A program made the position numbers and the translations under genes. Below, in pieces: positions 1 through 13,479 of a stretch of 64,000 nt of DNA. The stretch is from positions 55,180,001-55,244,000 of the forward strand of contig NC_043003.1 in NCBI RefSeq assembly GCF_006345805.1. The letters run 5' to 3'. The DNA comes from Octopus sinensis. Lineage: Eukaryota. Under the pieces are notes generated by a model. That model was not told the DNA's origin. It did not search any database and saw only the letters and a program-made list of their open reading frames with translations. Within the stretch, counting starts at the first letter, position 1. Each line of letters starts with the position of its first letter.

Positions 1-700
1 ATTCTGAATTTTTCCATTTCTCGGAAGATCGTTACTACCAATGTTAAGGAGCTTTTTTTTACTCAATCTTATACGGGTCTAAGAACTAATTTTCTATCAC
101 ACCCAAAATAGTTCTTATATGGTAAGATTTCATTATTTTGTTCATTTTCATGTAACTGTGCACCACTAGGGTATAGTCAAGGATTCTGTACTAACAATGT
201 ATCCAAAGTGTATGTTTCTTTTCTTTTCGTTTTTCTTGTTTGAAGATGTAAGGCATGATTTGAAGGATTTTGACTGCTATAACTCCTGAGCTGAACGACT
301 GCAAAAAGTCACTGAATGAACTGGATCTGAAATGTTTCAAGAGTGACATGAATGCATATAGTGGAAGTATCATTGTCGAGACAACTTTCTCATCTCAATG
401 GCCTACTCATTGTAGAGCCAGGAAAATAAACCAAGAATAATACGTTTTGCTCAATTCTTATGATTATTTGCCACTCAGACGTGTCTTCAAATGCATGAAA
501 CATACAAATCTCATAGTTAGTCAAGTAGTTCATTATATATATAACAAAAGTAGGCTACCTTTTTGCTTACACGATCTTCCAATCTGAACTGATCGAAAAT
601 ATATCCAAAATGTTGACCATGATATAAATTTCAGAAATCATCCATTCGAAGTAATCTGTTTAGTGTGATTATCAAGAGAGCACATCTCTATTTTTGTTAG

Positions 701-775
701 CAGCACCTCATTGGATCCATTTCTCAGAGGTGTCGCAATGTCATTGACAGACAAGTATATCGCGCTGGATATTAG
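701..775 (+). mobile_element. Possible C-terminal remnant of a Tc1-like transposase
   Basis: Translates QHLIGSISQRCRNVIDRQVYRAGY*, fitting the Tc1 C-terminal pattern LI.S..RRC.AVI...G..T.Y*. No upstream ORF or TIR found. Confidence 0.3.
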
Positions 776-1598
776 CCGGTGATTATATTTTACGCAATAG
801 GAAACTGTATTTGTGTTAATAATAATGTTTAAAGTTTTGGTTCTAAATACATGGCGCCTTGAATTCTGTAAGCAGAATGGAAATTAAAGCACTTTCAGAT
901 GAAAAATAAATTTAACATGTAAATAATGTTTTACGTTTAGAAAATATAATCCAAATATTTAAAAAAAAAATAAACAACACAAATACAGTATTTGGCAATT
1001 CCCTCCACAAGTAACGCTATTTTGTAAATTTTAAACATTTGCTGAATGTCTCGAGATTGTGCATAGACATATTTAAACATACACCCATCAATGTATACAC
1101 ATGTATATAAATATATCCGTACAACCTTACATTGTGAAATATAATAATCTGAAATGCAATATATGACTTTGGATAAACATGCAGTTTAACCAGGGTGAGA
1201 ACGGAAATAAATGGCTATGCCACTGAGTGTCTTCCTTTTAGGACGTAAGCGCTCGCTTTGACATGATCAGTCTCTGAAGCTCTTTGGCTTTCACCATGGA
1301 AATGCTTCTTTTATATCAATACAGTGATCACTAGTATATTTTTACTTATAGTAGTATTGAAACTCATATACAGATAAACTGATGCGTATTAATATCATGA
1401 GAACGAACGTACTGTCAATAAGGCTCAAATTAATGGTGTTTTTGTAAAGAGAATATGTGTATTTCTTCACATACGAAGGGCTAAAAGTTTAGTCAAATAC
1501 ATCTCAATTATCCAGAATACAAGAAAGAAACTTCTGCGACACTTCTGTTTCCAACAGGACACATAGTCTAGCACGCGTGCGCGCACCACACATATACG

Positions 1599-1631
<33 letters not shown>

Positions 1632-1632
<1 letters not shown>

Positions 1633-1996
1633 CTCTTTTACTCTTTTACTTGCTTCAGTCATTTGACTGCGGCCATGATGGAACACCGCCCTTTAGTCGA
1701 ACAAATCGACCCCAGGACTTACTCTTTGTAAGCGTAGTACTTATTCTATCGGTCTCATTGCCGACCGTTAAGTTACGGAGACGTAAACACACGACCATCG
1801 GTTGTCAAGTGATGTTGTCGGGGGACAAACACAGACACACAAACATATACACACACATTCACATATATATACATATATACGACGGGCTTCTTTCAGTTTC
1901 CGTCTACCAAATCCACTCACAAGGCTTTGGTCGTCTCGTGGTTATAGTAGAAGACACTTTCCCAAGGTACCACACAGTGGGACTGAACCCCGAAAC
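1632..1996 (-). mobile_element. tRNA-derived CORE-like SINE (family A), 5' head truncated
   Basis: Reverse complement matches the family at 6031: CORE-like GGTACCTTGGGAAAGTGTCTTCTACTATA, GTGAGTGGATTTGGTAGACGGAAACTGAAAGAAGCCCGTC, an internal microsatellite and the tail ATGACTGAAGCAAGTAAAAGAGTAAAAGA. Confidence 0.85.
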
Positions 1997-2135
1997 ATAT
2001 ATATATATATATATATACATCGTGTATGTGAGCATTATATGTGCACAAATACACGCAATTAAAGACAGATTTGCGCATGTATGTATGTGTATAAAGGTAT
2101 ATACTTTCGCACACAGACACTCCCCCATCAGATAG

Positions 2136-2183
<48 letters not shown>

Positions 2184-2859
2184 TCTACATCAACCTATCT
2201 CTCCCTCTCTCCTCTCTCTCACTAACTCTCTTACTCTCTCATTGTACACACACACAAGCACACAAATATATACATGCACATAAAACTAGCTGCCTCGATA
2301 TACATCACCGCCAAGTAGCCTCTAGTTACCTATTCTTACGTGACTATACACTCAATAGTTATACAAAATATATTTTCTGATTAATATATTTTTATCATCA
2401 GGAAGCGTTTCTAGTGTTTCTGTTTTATACTTTTCTGCGTCTGCATATGATTAGCTTACGTTTCATGTTTCGAATATATATACTCTTCACTAATTACGTT
2501 TTCCATCTTTGGCAAACGTATTCGTTGCAAACTACTTGAAGCGTACATACATACATACATACGTACATACGTACATACATGCATATATTACTGCATATGC
2601 ACAAACAAACACATAACATCTGCACACTGATACTCACGAGCATGAGGCTCAAACACACACATATATAACTCTAGGTCTTGTTTGATCACACAAACCATTA
2701 GGACGGGAATCAAAACTAAAGAACTCCTTCCGATTTAGTGCGCAGTAATTCTTATTTGCTTTTGCCTTTTTTTTTTTTTTGTTCCACTATACAAATTCTG
2801 ATATTGACTTCGTACTCAGACATCATCATATAGGGAATTGTGACTTATAATTATATATG

Positions 2860-2894
<35 letters not shown>

Positions 2895-2935
2895 AATGTT
2901 AATGACCAATATGTTTGAAGAAAAGCCAAAGGTAT

Positions 2936-3125
2936 AGAAGAAGAAGAAGAAGAAGAAGAAGAAGAAGAAGAAGAAGAAGAAGAAGAAGGAGGAGGAGGAG
3001 GAGGAGGAGGAGGAGAGAAGAAGAAGAAGAAGAAGAAGAAAAGAAGAAGAAGAAGAAGAAGAAGAAGAAGAAGAAGAAGAAGAAGAAGAAGAAGAAGAAG
3101 AAGAAGAAGAAGCAGCAGCAGCAGC
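2936..3125. repeat. Polypurine (GAA)n/(GGA)n/(GCA)n microsatellite
   Basis: Directly visible; source of the spurious poly-R/E/K ORF 2915..3136. Confidence 0.97.
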
Positions 3126-3989
3126 TAAGTGTATAGAAAACCGGTGTGGTACTGAATGCAGCGTAGTTCAGTGAAATGTTTTAGAATTGTCTTTCACAAA
3201 AGTATTCGGCTCGTTAAACTGAATATAATCATAGTATGTAAGGGTGATAGGCATGGATCCCTAATTTAAGAAGCATTTTGACTAATTAAAATATCCTCCT
3301 CTATTGAATACGGAAACACACATTTAACTGAAAACGTTGATTTTCCATTGCATGGCATCGGAATCCTTCCTCCATTACTGATGCTGACTTCTGTCAACAC
3401 ATAATGCATGTCGCTTTCGTTCATTCGAATAAAATTAATTTTTAAAGCAGTAATTTTTCTCTTAAATGTAACTTGTCCCTCACAAACTTCACAAAAAATG
3501 GAAACAGTTACAAACAAAAACTGGATTAAAATAACAAAGGATAACTTGCTCCTTGGACAAAAATGTCACATAAATGCCAACTGGCTATTAGAAACCAACG
3601 ACGAATTGAAACGTTTACGTACCATGTGGCAGCTTTGGCCTGTTGGCGAACCCGCGGCTTACTAAGCATGATTGGAATGAAAGTATAATAGTCAGCATCG
3701 AAACCCCTTACTGTCATTGTTGGAATTAAGGAAGTTTTATATGAATATCAAATATGTAAACACTTAACGCTAGATATTGTAATTCTTATACTGCCTCTAA
3801 ACGACACATAAGCCATGACATTTTTAATCTATCAATACGTCTACACCAAAGTGTAGAGTTATTGGTGCATGACGCTCCATTATCCAGAGGGCTTCAATGT
3901 GTATTCCATTCTGTACTGGAGTCTGACTGCGCGTTACCAGAGGATACGATCAACATAGTTCCCATCCGTACTGTGGTTGTTGTTCAAAC

Positions 3990-5200
3990 AACAATTGTTC
4001 GGCATCTATCCACAAGTTCGCAACGACGAAACTGGACGAACATTATGAATACGTTGTCGAAGGTTGGACTTTCGGTGTCTTGGAATTCTGATGGCAGGTT
4101 TCGCTATTGTTGGTTGCGTTTCAGAGCGCACTTCTATGTCAGTTGTAGAGTTTCAGCCACAACATTCAAACTGGCCGGGGAATGACTGATGTTAGGTATG
4201 TAGAAGATCTTCTGTCTTGGAATTATGTCCATGTGATACCTGGCATTCAGTGCACCCCACATTGGTGTTCCATCTATTTTGAAGGCGTGGCTCATCATGA
4301 ACACGTAATCTGCCTTGCGAGCTTTCAGCTGTGTCGCAACAGACCTGTCCCACACGTTTGTCTTACTGTAACAAAACGATTTGACTCTTGGTGTCTTCCT
4401 ATAGGGCAGAAGTGCATGCTCGTCTGTATCCAACGTTCTCCTTTTTTGTGGTTTCTCCCAAGTATCGGGACTATACGTTCTGACGCATCACGCCGTCCTC
4501 GATGTGTTTTATCTTTGTTTTGGTAAATGATGCCTGTCGTATCGTGTAAGGAATTTACACCTGATAGAGGTAGGTGAGTTTGTCATAACTATCGTAGGCA
4601 TTCCCCATTATTCGGTTTGGTTGTACACTCTCTGGGATGATGGTCTGCTTCCCATCGTGGGCAAAGGCCAACTCAGTCTCTAGTTCCTCTGCGCAATGAT
4701 AATTGATGCTGTAGCCATAACGGTTAAAGAGGGTGACCACCATTCTGCTACCTGTCATAGATTTCATACCCATACCCGTTGCGATGTGTTTGATGGGTTT
4801 GATTGCTCCATGCGTAACGAAAAACAAGGCATCCTGACTAGCAGCATCAGCACGACGAATTGTACTGGGGGTTTGCTCGCCAAAACCACCATAAAAATTC
4901 CGGTAGAAAGTCTTCACCGAGTCAGTAGGGTCCCCCTCTCCGTTCAGTAAAGCCTCTGTAGTCAGTGGATAGTTTCAGGTTTCACTTTTACACACTCTTC
5001 AATTCCTTCCGGAGCAACAGCACCGCCTGGTTGAGGATATGTTCAAGGGAGGAAGTGAAATCAAACGCTGTTCTTAATGCGTCCTCTTAGACTGTAGCAG
5101 AATAAACTACCTCACCTAATTTCTTACCATTGGGCGATTGTACTTGATATTGTCTTCGAATATTGTCTTCGAGTTTTGATGCGGCGTTTTGGATGGATTA
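3990..5200 (-). pseudogene. Frameshifted Academ-like transposase fragment
   Basis: Collinear motifs across frames: EALLNGEGDPTDSVKTFY..., SQDALFFVTHGAIKPIKHIATGMGMKSMTGSRMVVTLFNRYGYSINYHCAEELETELA, YDSYD...SGVNSLHDTTGIIYQN, KRRTLD..LLPYRKTP, MWGALN..PRQKIFYIPNISHSP..VVAETL, ESPTFDNVFIM. Contains stops and frameshifts. Confidence 0.75.
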
Positions 5201-6030
5201 CTATTTCTGCTCTGAGAGCGGAAGTAGCAGTCTACTTTCGGCGCTCTCTTTAGACTTTCTGCTGTGGATAACATAGTGTAATGAACGATCATTTACAACG
5301 GGGGGGGGGGGGCTGACTGGCCGAGAGTACATCCGCAGTTTTCGACTGGGACCCGCCAATATTCAATGCTGAATCAGGTGGGATTATATGGGGATCAGTT
5401 TGAGAGGTGACAAGATCGAGGGAATATTAAGGTTGCCAAGTATCGCCAGGCGAGAAATGGTCCTCCATGATAATTTATTTTTGATACCCCCTTACTGAAT
5501 GTGTTGACTAACGGAAGACGAATATCAGGCGTGTTCGTATTCTGATGATCTGAATGCGAATGAATATGAGTAAAGAATTGATTGAACGAAAGCGACTTGC
5601 ATTATGTGTTGACAGAGGTCAGCATCAGTAATGGAGGAAGGATTCCGATGCCATGCAATGGGAAAATCAACATTTTTCAGTTAAAGGTGTTTTTCCATAT
5701 TCAATAGAGGAGGATATGTTAATTAGACAAAATGCTTCTTAAATTAGGAATCCATACCTGTAATGATTCTTACATGCTATGATTATATTCAGTTTGACGA
5801 GCCGAATATTTATGAGAAGAAATTTACACCGGAGCAGAAACTCTAATTAAGACCTAATTAATGATCTAATTAAAAGGTTTCTTATTGTCTTCCAATGACT
5901 AGGATGTTTCTTAATTTCTTCTTTCATGTTAACTGGGTTCAGACGCGTTCCTATGTTGCATTCATCACGTAGCTTGAAAACAGTGTTTCTGTATATTTCT
6001 TCTTAATTAGTGTATAGTAATTAGTAGAAA

Positions 6031-6190
6031 GTGGCTGTGTGGTAAGTAGTTTGTTTACCAACCACATGGTTCCGGGTTCAGTCCCACTGCGTGGCACCTT
6101 GGGCAAGTGTCTTCCACTATAGCCTCGGGCTGACCAAAGCCTTGTGAGTGGATTTGGTAGACGGAAACTGAAAGAATCCCGTCGTATATA

Positions 6191-6240
<50 letters not shown>

Positions 6241-6335
6241 GTGTGTTTGTGTATCTGTGTTTGTCCACCCCAACATCGCTTGACAACCGATGCTGGTGTG
6301 TTTACGTCTCCGTAAATTAGCGGTTCGGCAAAAGA
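6031..6335 (+). mobile_element. tRNA-derived CORE-like SINE (family A), 3'-truncated
   Basis: GTGGCTGTGTGGTAAG A-box, GGTTCAGTCCC B-box-like motif, CORE-like GGCACCTTGGGCAAGTGTCTT, internal (TA)n/(TG)n tract. Confidence 0.9.
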
Positions 6336-7421
6336 ATAAAAGAGAATAAAGAGTACGTAAAATGGTTCTTAAGTGATATGAAAAGATTCAGTTGGGTTTA
6401 GTGAACAAATCTACGAAGAAATTGATGTTGGAGCAGTAAGTCTAATTAATTCCTAATTAAGTGTCTAATTAAAACTTCTAAATTTGTTTTTCCATATCCG
6501 TTTTTTTTTTCTTAATTTTTCATTTAAGTATCACTTGTGTCTAAAGAGTAATATTCAATGTGATTCATTACTGGAGCTTAAAGTCTAATTAAATTAGTTA
6601 TTTGTGCAAGTTGATTATCTCATAATTAATTAATCCATACCTAAGCATATTTAAGAATCACGATTCATGGTATTAGGATCACTTGTACACATATTGTGCC
6701 TTGCCAGATATGTGGAGTTTAAGTCTAATCAAATCAGGGCTGGCTCTCGGTCTAATACTGAATGCTTCCACATAGCATTACATTTCTGGACGTATGTATC
6801 ATTTTATTATGCCATTGCGTTCGATAATATGAATGTATGTTTAACTTCTCTACGTAAGGTTCATGTACATATCACTTTTCATTTGAATATAATATATATG
6901 TATATTTGTAAATTTTTTGATATATAAATACAAGTATTTAAGTTTGAACATAAACTTAAGGTTCAATACGCATCCCTCACTGAAAATAAAATATATTACA
7001 TGACATATTGAATAATTTGCATTTACATATATTTTACTACGTACAATGTATGGTTGTATGATTATTTTTACAAGCTTCAAAACATAAGCGAATTTACGAG
7101 TGAGATTACTGCTCATGTATACTTCTGTTTATGTATATTCTTTTAAGTTCTTTTATATTACGACATATCTTTTTTAATTGCATATGTTTTTGGGCTTGTA
7201 TCTCTTTCAGTAGATATATAAAGGCAATTCTGAACATATGTGAAGACAAAAACAGACACTTCATGCTATTTTTTTTTGTACTACTAAGATATATTTCTAT
7301 TTACCTTTTCCAATACATATTTTATAACGACATGAAATGTTTGACAGTACGTGTTGAAATAGAGATGCCACACACACACACCACCACACACACACACACA
7401 CACAACACACACACACACACC

Positions 7422-7452
<31 letters not shown>

Positions 7453-7482
7453 GGCATCTCTATTTCAACAAAAGTGTTGTCA

Positions 7483-7521
<39 letters not shown>

Positions 7522-7581
7522 CTATATATATATATATATATATGTGCATCTCTATTTCAACAAAAGTGTTGTCATATATAC

Positions 7582-7612
<31 letters not shown>

Positions 7613-7704
7613 ATAAAAAACATATGCATATATATAAACATATATGTACGTACCTATATACGCATATACACGCATATATGTATATATATATATATATAGA
7701 TATA

Positions 7705-8409
7705 TGTGTGTGTGTGTATATCTATGTATGGATGGACGCATATGTATATATGTGTATGTGTGTATGGGCATGTGTGAATATGTGTGCTTGTGTGTGTACG
7801 TATGTTTGCGTGTATGCATAGCTACTTACGTGTTTATGGATAAGAAATGCGTATATAAATATACGTATGTATACGCACGCACATTCACACACCTACACAG
7901 ATATATCATAAATGAGATGAGCAATAAAATAGACAACATTGCGGGAGGGTGTAACAAATATAATATTAGTTCAACAATTTAATGGGAAACGAAAGAGTTT
8001 TATCGTTTTGGTCGTTATCTTTCATCAGAAGAAACAGAATGCCGTGCGGAAATTAAGAAATAAGAATAAATATAGGGAGAAGAAATATATATTTTTATAT
8101 ATCTTTTGGAACATTTTCCAATCGAAGTTTGATGTAGAGGGTTTGTTGGACAGTGTGAGATGACGTTGTTATCGTTAGGCCTACTCATCGTAAGTCAATA
8201 CCACTATGACCGATATCCAAACTACAGTGGAGAAGGCTAGCCACTGGATTTGGTTAAAAAGAGTACGATGAGCGATGGCTAGAAGAATATTGAGGTTTAT
8301 TTGATAACCAGTTGGATCTAGTAGTCTTTTGGCTGTTATTTCTAAAATTTTCGGTATGTGGTCAAGCAACTTGTTGCTAAACCCTTATTGTTATAATTAT
8401 ATATATATA

Positions 8410-8445
<36 letters not shown>

Positions 8446-9157
8446 ATATATATATATATTATATAGATATATGGTGTGTGTGTATCTATGTATGGATGGA
8501 CGCATATGTATATATGTGTATGTGTGTATGGGCATGTGTGAATATGGGTGCTTGTGTGTGTACGTATGTTTGCGTGTATGCATAGCTACTTACGTGTTTA
8601 TGGATAAGAAATGCGTATATAAATATACTATGTATACGCACGCACATTCCACACCTACACGATATATCATAAATGAGATGAGCAATAAAAGAGAAAACAT
8701 TGCGGGAGGGTGTAACAAATATAATATTAGTTCAACATTTAATGGGAAACGAAAGAGTTTTATCGTTTTGGTCGTTATCTTCATCAGAAGAAACAGAATG
8801 CCGTGCGGAATTAGAAATAAGAATAAATATAGGAGAAGAAGAAATATATTTTTATTATATCTTTTGGAACATTTTCCAATCGAAGTTTGATGTAGAGGGT
8901 TTGTTGGACAGTGTGAGATGACTGTTGTTATCGTTAGGCCTAACTCATCGTAAAGTCAATACCACTATGACCGATATCCAAACTACAGTGGAGAAGGCTA
9001 GCCACTGGATTTGGTTAAAAAGAGACGATGAGCGATGGCTAGAAGAATATTGAGGTTTATTTGATAACCAGTTGATCTAGTAGTCTTTTGGCTGTTATTT
9101 CTAAAATTTTCGGTATGTGGTCAAGCAACTTGTTGCTAAACCATTATGGTTATAATT

Positions 9158-9165
<8 letters not shown>
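7705..9165. repeat. Tandem duplication, unit about 760 bp, two copies
   Basis: 7705-8410 is repeated at 8470-9165. The copies differ mostly by 1-bp indels, and each unit ends in a (TA)n tract. Confidence 0.9.
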
Positions 9166-9248
<83 letters not shown>

Positions 9249-9251
9249 GTG

Positions 9252-9314
<63 letters not shown>

Positions 9315-9724
9315 GTGTATATATATATATATATATTTATATAATAATATATATATATATATATAAATATACATGTATGTATGTATATTATGTATATTAT
9401 ATGCACACGCGCACTGTTTGAAATGTTGTTGAATATATACTTTCAGGACCTAGATTGAACTGGTCAGGTAGAGTAAACAATAGCTAGGAGCTAGATATAC
9501 GATTCATTAACCTATTTAGCCATAGGTGCAATGCTTCTGGTCGGATGGGATAGCCAAGCTTTCAAAACGTTTCATGATAGCTCTTCTGGATTTGACCACA
9601 ACAATAACTAAATGTACATAACATTGCTGCAAATACGATAGCTAGAATCAACATAATCTTTGTATTATTGTCTAATATACAATAATTACTAGCCATATAG
9701 CCCCTCAATTACATAGGACTGCAA

Positions 9725-9815
9725 TGCATCAGACCGGGAAAAAGTGGTCGAGATGATCGTAGATGTATGGCCTTGGAACTTTGGACTGCATGATCAGACC
9801 CGGAATGATGCTAAA
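9725..9815 (+). mobile_element. Possible RTE-type LINE C-terminal remnant
   Basis: Fragments PGKKWS and DDRRCMALELWTA*SDPE* resemble the RTE end motif KTW...DL..LGL....DR..W. Confidence 0.3.
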
Positions 9816-11120
9816 CAACAATTAACAACCAAGCGAACAACACAGCAAAACAACGTCCTGTTATTGTACAAACGAAACCAGGAGACTACGAGATGAAGGT
9901 CCTACAACTTAATCAATTTTATGGCATTGCATCATAAAAAAGAACACAAAAAAAACAAAACGAGAAAAATCAAATTAAATCCAAGATGAAGACGGAGTTC
10001 TAATAATGCAAGAAACGTTGATGAAACAGTTTTCTCTCTTCAGGCACAGACCTAAAATTAACGAAAATGATGTTTTTATTTTTACTTTTTTTGCAGCGGG
10101 CCGAGTTGCAATTTGTAGGAAATGCAAAATTTGTTCAAATGAACCAACACGCTTGAGCATTGATATTTTTCTGGTCTTCTCCAATTTCAACCTACTCTTC
10201 TTTCATCATATTCTTCCTATTCTTCGTCTTCACGGTCCTTTCCTTATTTCTTCTTTCTTCTAGTAATGATGTTATTTATGGCCACGAAGTCGGTTAAAGA
10301 ACGTGACCGAGTCAAATTATTCGACAATTCCAGGAGATGTTCTTACGTATTAGTAACCTTACAAAAGTCTTGCCGGTAATCAAATAGCAGAAGATAATGT
10401 TATTAAAGCTATTACTATACGTGTTGCTCAACTTTTATTCTTCTACATATTACCCCCTCTCTCGACCTCTTTATTGGTAAGCGTGCGCGCACATGAATGT
10501 GTGTTTCTGTATCTATGTACATACATATAGATGTCTTTATAACCGTATATATATATATGCATGAATGCATATATACGTATATATAGAAAAAGAGAGACAG
10601 AAAGAGAGAAAGAAGGTGAGACAGAGACAAAGAGAGATGTGTGCGTGTGCGTAGTGGTGTAGTGTGTCTGCATTCTACCTTCTGCTAGTATATATGTGTG
10701 CATGTGTGTATATGTGCTTGTGTGTCTGCTTCTTCTGTTCCTACTTTTTTAACTGTTTCACTAATCACTATGACTCTTTATCTCCTTCTTCTGGCCTCTC
10801 TATCTCTTTCTCTCGATAGTCTCTCCTTCCTTTTCTTCCACATGTTCTCCTTCCTTCTCATTCTAATACTGTTTCTCACATAAATCTCTTAATGTACTCC
10901 GTAATTGTATATACCGCCACCAAACATATATATATATATATTATATATATATATTATATATATGCTTCTCTGTCTCAAACTTTCTACACTTCTCTCTGGT
11001 AGTCACTGTTTGCTAACACTACTTCGCCATTCAGAAACCACTGCCTCTCGTGCTATTTCTGTATGGTTCTCTTTCTCTGGACTACTACTACTACAACTAC
11101 TACTACTACTACTACTTATT

Positions 11121-11303
11121 TTTTTGTTGCCAACAAGGGGCTAAACAAGGAGGGGACAAACAAGGATAGACAAAGGGATTAAGCCGATTAGATCGACCCC
11201 AGAGCGTAACTGGTACTTAATTTATCGACCCCGAAAGGATGAAAAGCAAAGTCGACCTCGGGGGAATTTGAACTCAGAAAGTAACGGCAGACGAAATAAC
11301 GCT
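11121..11303 (-). mobile_element. SINE family B (Deu/Nin-like domain), headless unit
   Basis: Reverse complement contains GAGTTCAAATTCCCCCGAGGTCGACTTTGCTTTTCATCCTTTCGGGGTCGATAAATTAAGTACCAG, the same unit as the array at 55121-55680. Confidence 0.85.
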
Positions 11304-11340
11304 GCTACTGCGTTTTTCATAATTTAATATTTTCCTTCAA

Positions 11341-11478
11341 TAAAGCGGCAGAAAACTTAGTGGCATCTCGTCTGTCATTATGATCCGAGTTCAAATTCGG
11401 CCGTGACCGATTTTGTCTTTCCTCATTTCGGTGTCGTGAAAACATGTACTAGTTAACACTGGCGTCGATATAATCGAT
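11341..11478 (+). mobile_element. Degenerate SINE family B copy
   Basis: GAGTTCAAATTC B-box followed by eroded CCTCATTTCGGTGTCG...ACTGGCGTCGATATAATCGA. Confidence 0.6.
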
Positions 11479-11541
11479 GAACCCTTCCCTGGAACTTCCT
11501 GGCCTTGTGCCACAACTGGAAATCAATATTTGCCTGTAATA

Positions 11542-11755
11542 AAGCGGCGTAATGACTGGGTCGTTTACACGCTGTGCAATGCTTAACGGCATCCTGCTCA
11601 TCTTTACGTTCTGAGTTCAAATTCCACCGAGGCCGACGTTGCCTTTTATCGTTCTGGGATCGGTAAAACAAATAAAATTTGAGCGCTGGAGTCATTGCAA
11701 TGGTCTTCCCACTCCCCGAGATTTAATGGTCTTCTGCCAAAATTTGAAACCAATA
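11542..11755 (+). mobile_element. Degenerate SINE family B copy
   Basis: tRNA-like head, CGTTCTGAGTTCAAATTCCACCGAGGCCGAC, and the tail CCAAAATTTGAAACCAATA. Confidence 0.7.
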
Positions 11756-12405
11756 TTTTCCTCCAAGCGTCACGCGTTTCAATGCTAGAGTTGTTTAGCC
11801 ACAAGTCCACTTTGAGCCAGGTTACTTATGATCATCCTTCACTACTCCATCTAGTTTCTTTATCACTGCTGGTCGACTCATTAGGATATAGTGTTATGTT
11901 GCTATTACTCTTATTGGTTGACCTGGTGGATCAATTCAGTTTGATCTATAACCATAAAATACTTCAGTCTCGACCTCTTCATATTTCTTCCGATACAACT
12001 GGAATGAACCTCAGTCTATTTGTGTTATTATTTATACTATGCTACACTCGGAGCCTTCCCTGCGTTGAAACCACAATGGGCGGAAGATTGGTTGCCGGAG
12101 CATACCTTTGTGTGATTTTACGTAAATGTTGGATGTGTTTGGTCTATACTTGTGGACGTATGCGTAACTGCAAGAATAAATCTCGAGAAGAATAAATCAC
12201 ATTCAACTGAATACCAACGCAAGAAGCTTGTTTGAACTAGTTCACTTTGAAGACGTCGTAAATGATGGACCCTTGATGAAATTGCAGCGACTCGGATGCA
12301 TAATTGCATACAGAGCAATGTGCAGTTGCTGCAGTAGAAACATATGTTGATAATTGTTATATATGCTGTATGTGAATAATAAGTCTCCACTCTCTTCTTG
12401 GTTAG

Positions 12406-12459
12406 ATTTCCTGCGTTGAAACCGCAACAGGCGGAGGACTGGTTGCCGGAGCATATTTT
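12406..12459 (+). CDS. Candidate isolated 54-nt coding exon (FPALKPQQAEDWLPEHI), product unknown
   Basis: Polypyrimidine tract plus AG at 12404-12405 and GTATGT donor at 12460. A paralogous copy at 12056-12109 differs by 8 transitions, 4 of them synonymous in this frame. Confidence 0.35.
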
Positions 12460-13479
12460 GTATGTATGTATGTATGCATGTATGTAGGTATGTATGTATG
12501 TATGTATGTATGTATGTATGTATGTATGTATGATGCATGTATGTATATATATATGTATATATATATATATATAATATATAATATATATTATTATATATAT
12601 ATATATATATATATATACATAGTACATACATACACATAGATAAATAGTGTAAAATTTTTCGATGTGTTTCTTCTTCTGATCGGTGGTGTCAGAACTGATG
12701 AAGATTTGGCTTCTAATTCTAGCTGGTGGCATGGCAACCCATGAACTCTATCAGCTATATAGTGTGGTGTTATGTGGTATATAGTGTTGCCTAATGTAAA
12801 GTCTCGCTCATTGCATAGTTTATAGTACATTTATCCACAAACGTGGCCGACAGCTTATTGATTTCATTCCACTGATTTCATTGAATTACGCCTCGACTTC
12901 CTTCCTCCCTTCTTTCCCTTCCACGTGCTCTCATTTCCTTCCTGATTCACTCTTCCTCTCTCCGTTTAAAGATGGCGTCAAATATCTCGTGATTCCCACT
13001 CCATTAGGCGAACGACCATTTAATATATATCGTTTTGTTTTCAACACAATTTTCGTTAAGTTGATAACATCGCTTTGTCATTTCCTTAACTACGTTAGAA
13101 TTTACGATTAATATCATATCTACAAGCGAAGACAGGCGAGGGTATGACAATCTGGTTAACAAATATATTTGTCGAGAACACAGTATTCTGGGATCGATTC
13201 CAAGTCATCGTATGTTAGGAGTGTATATTCTACTGTAGCCTCCTAATGCATAATTCGTGTAATAGGGTAGAAAGTAATTGTTCAAAAGTCTGTCGCACGC
13301 AACTATCTCAATGGTAATGCCTTCCTAGTATATTGCAAAAATGTAATTCTTTATTTCTCAAATAAATTGCATTTCATATTCGAGGCTCCGATGAAGATAT
13401 CGTATATTATTCAGGTAGTCAATTAAAAGTCTACTGAAACCAGTTCGTAACATAAATAACATTTGTTTTTCCCTTGCCA

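Larger units (their letters stand above)
3134..6794 (-). mobile_element. Decayed DNA transposon, probably Academ superfamily, with long inverted repeats and a nested SINE
   Basis: Inverted repeat 3201-3425 / 5582-5810. Minus-strand transposase fragments lie between the arms; AT-rich subterminal repeats continue to about 6790. The Academ assignment rests on recalled family motifs, not a search. Confidence 0.7.

Noticed and set aside
7995-8040. Minus-strand CTGATGA in the duplicated unit
   Set aside because: GAAA is absent (reads CAAAA) and the stems pair poorly; at most a dead relic.
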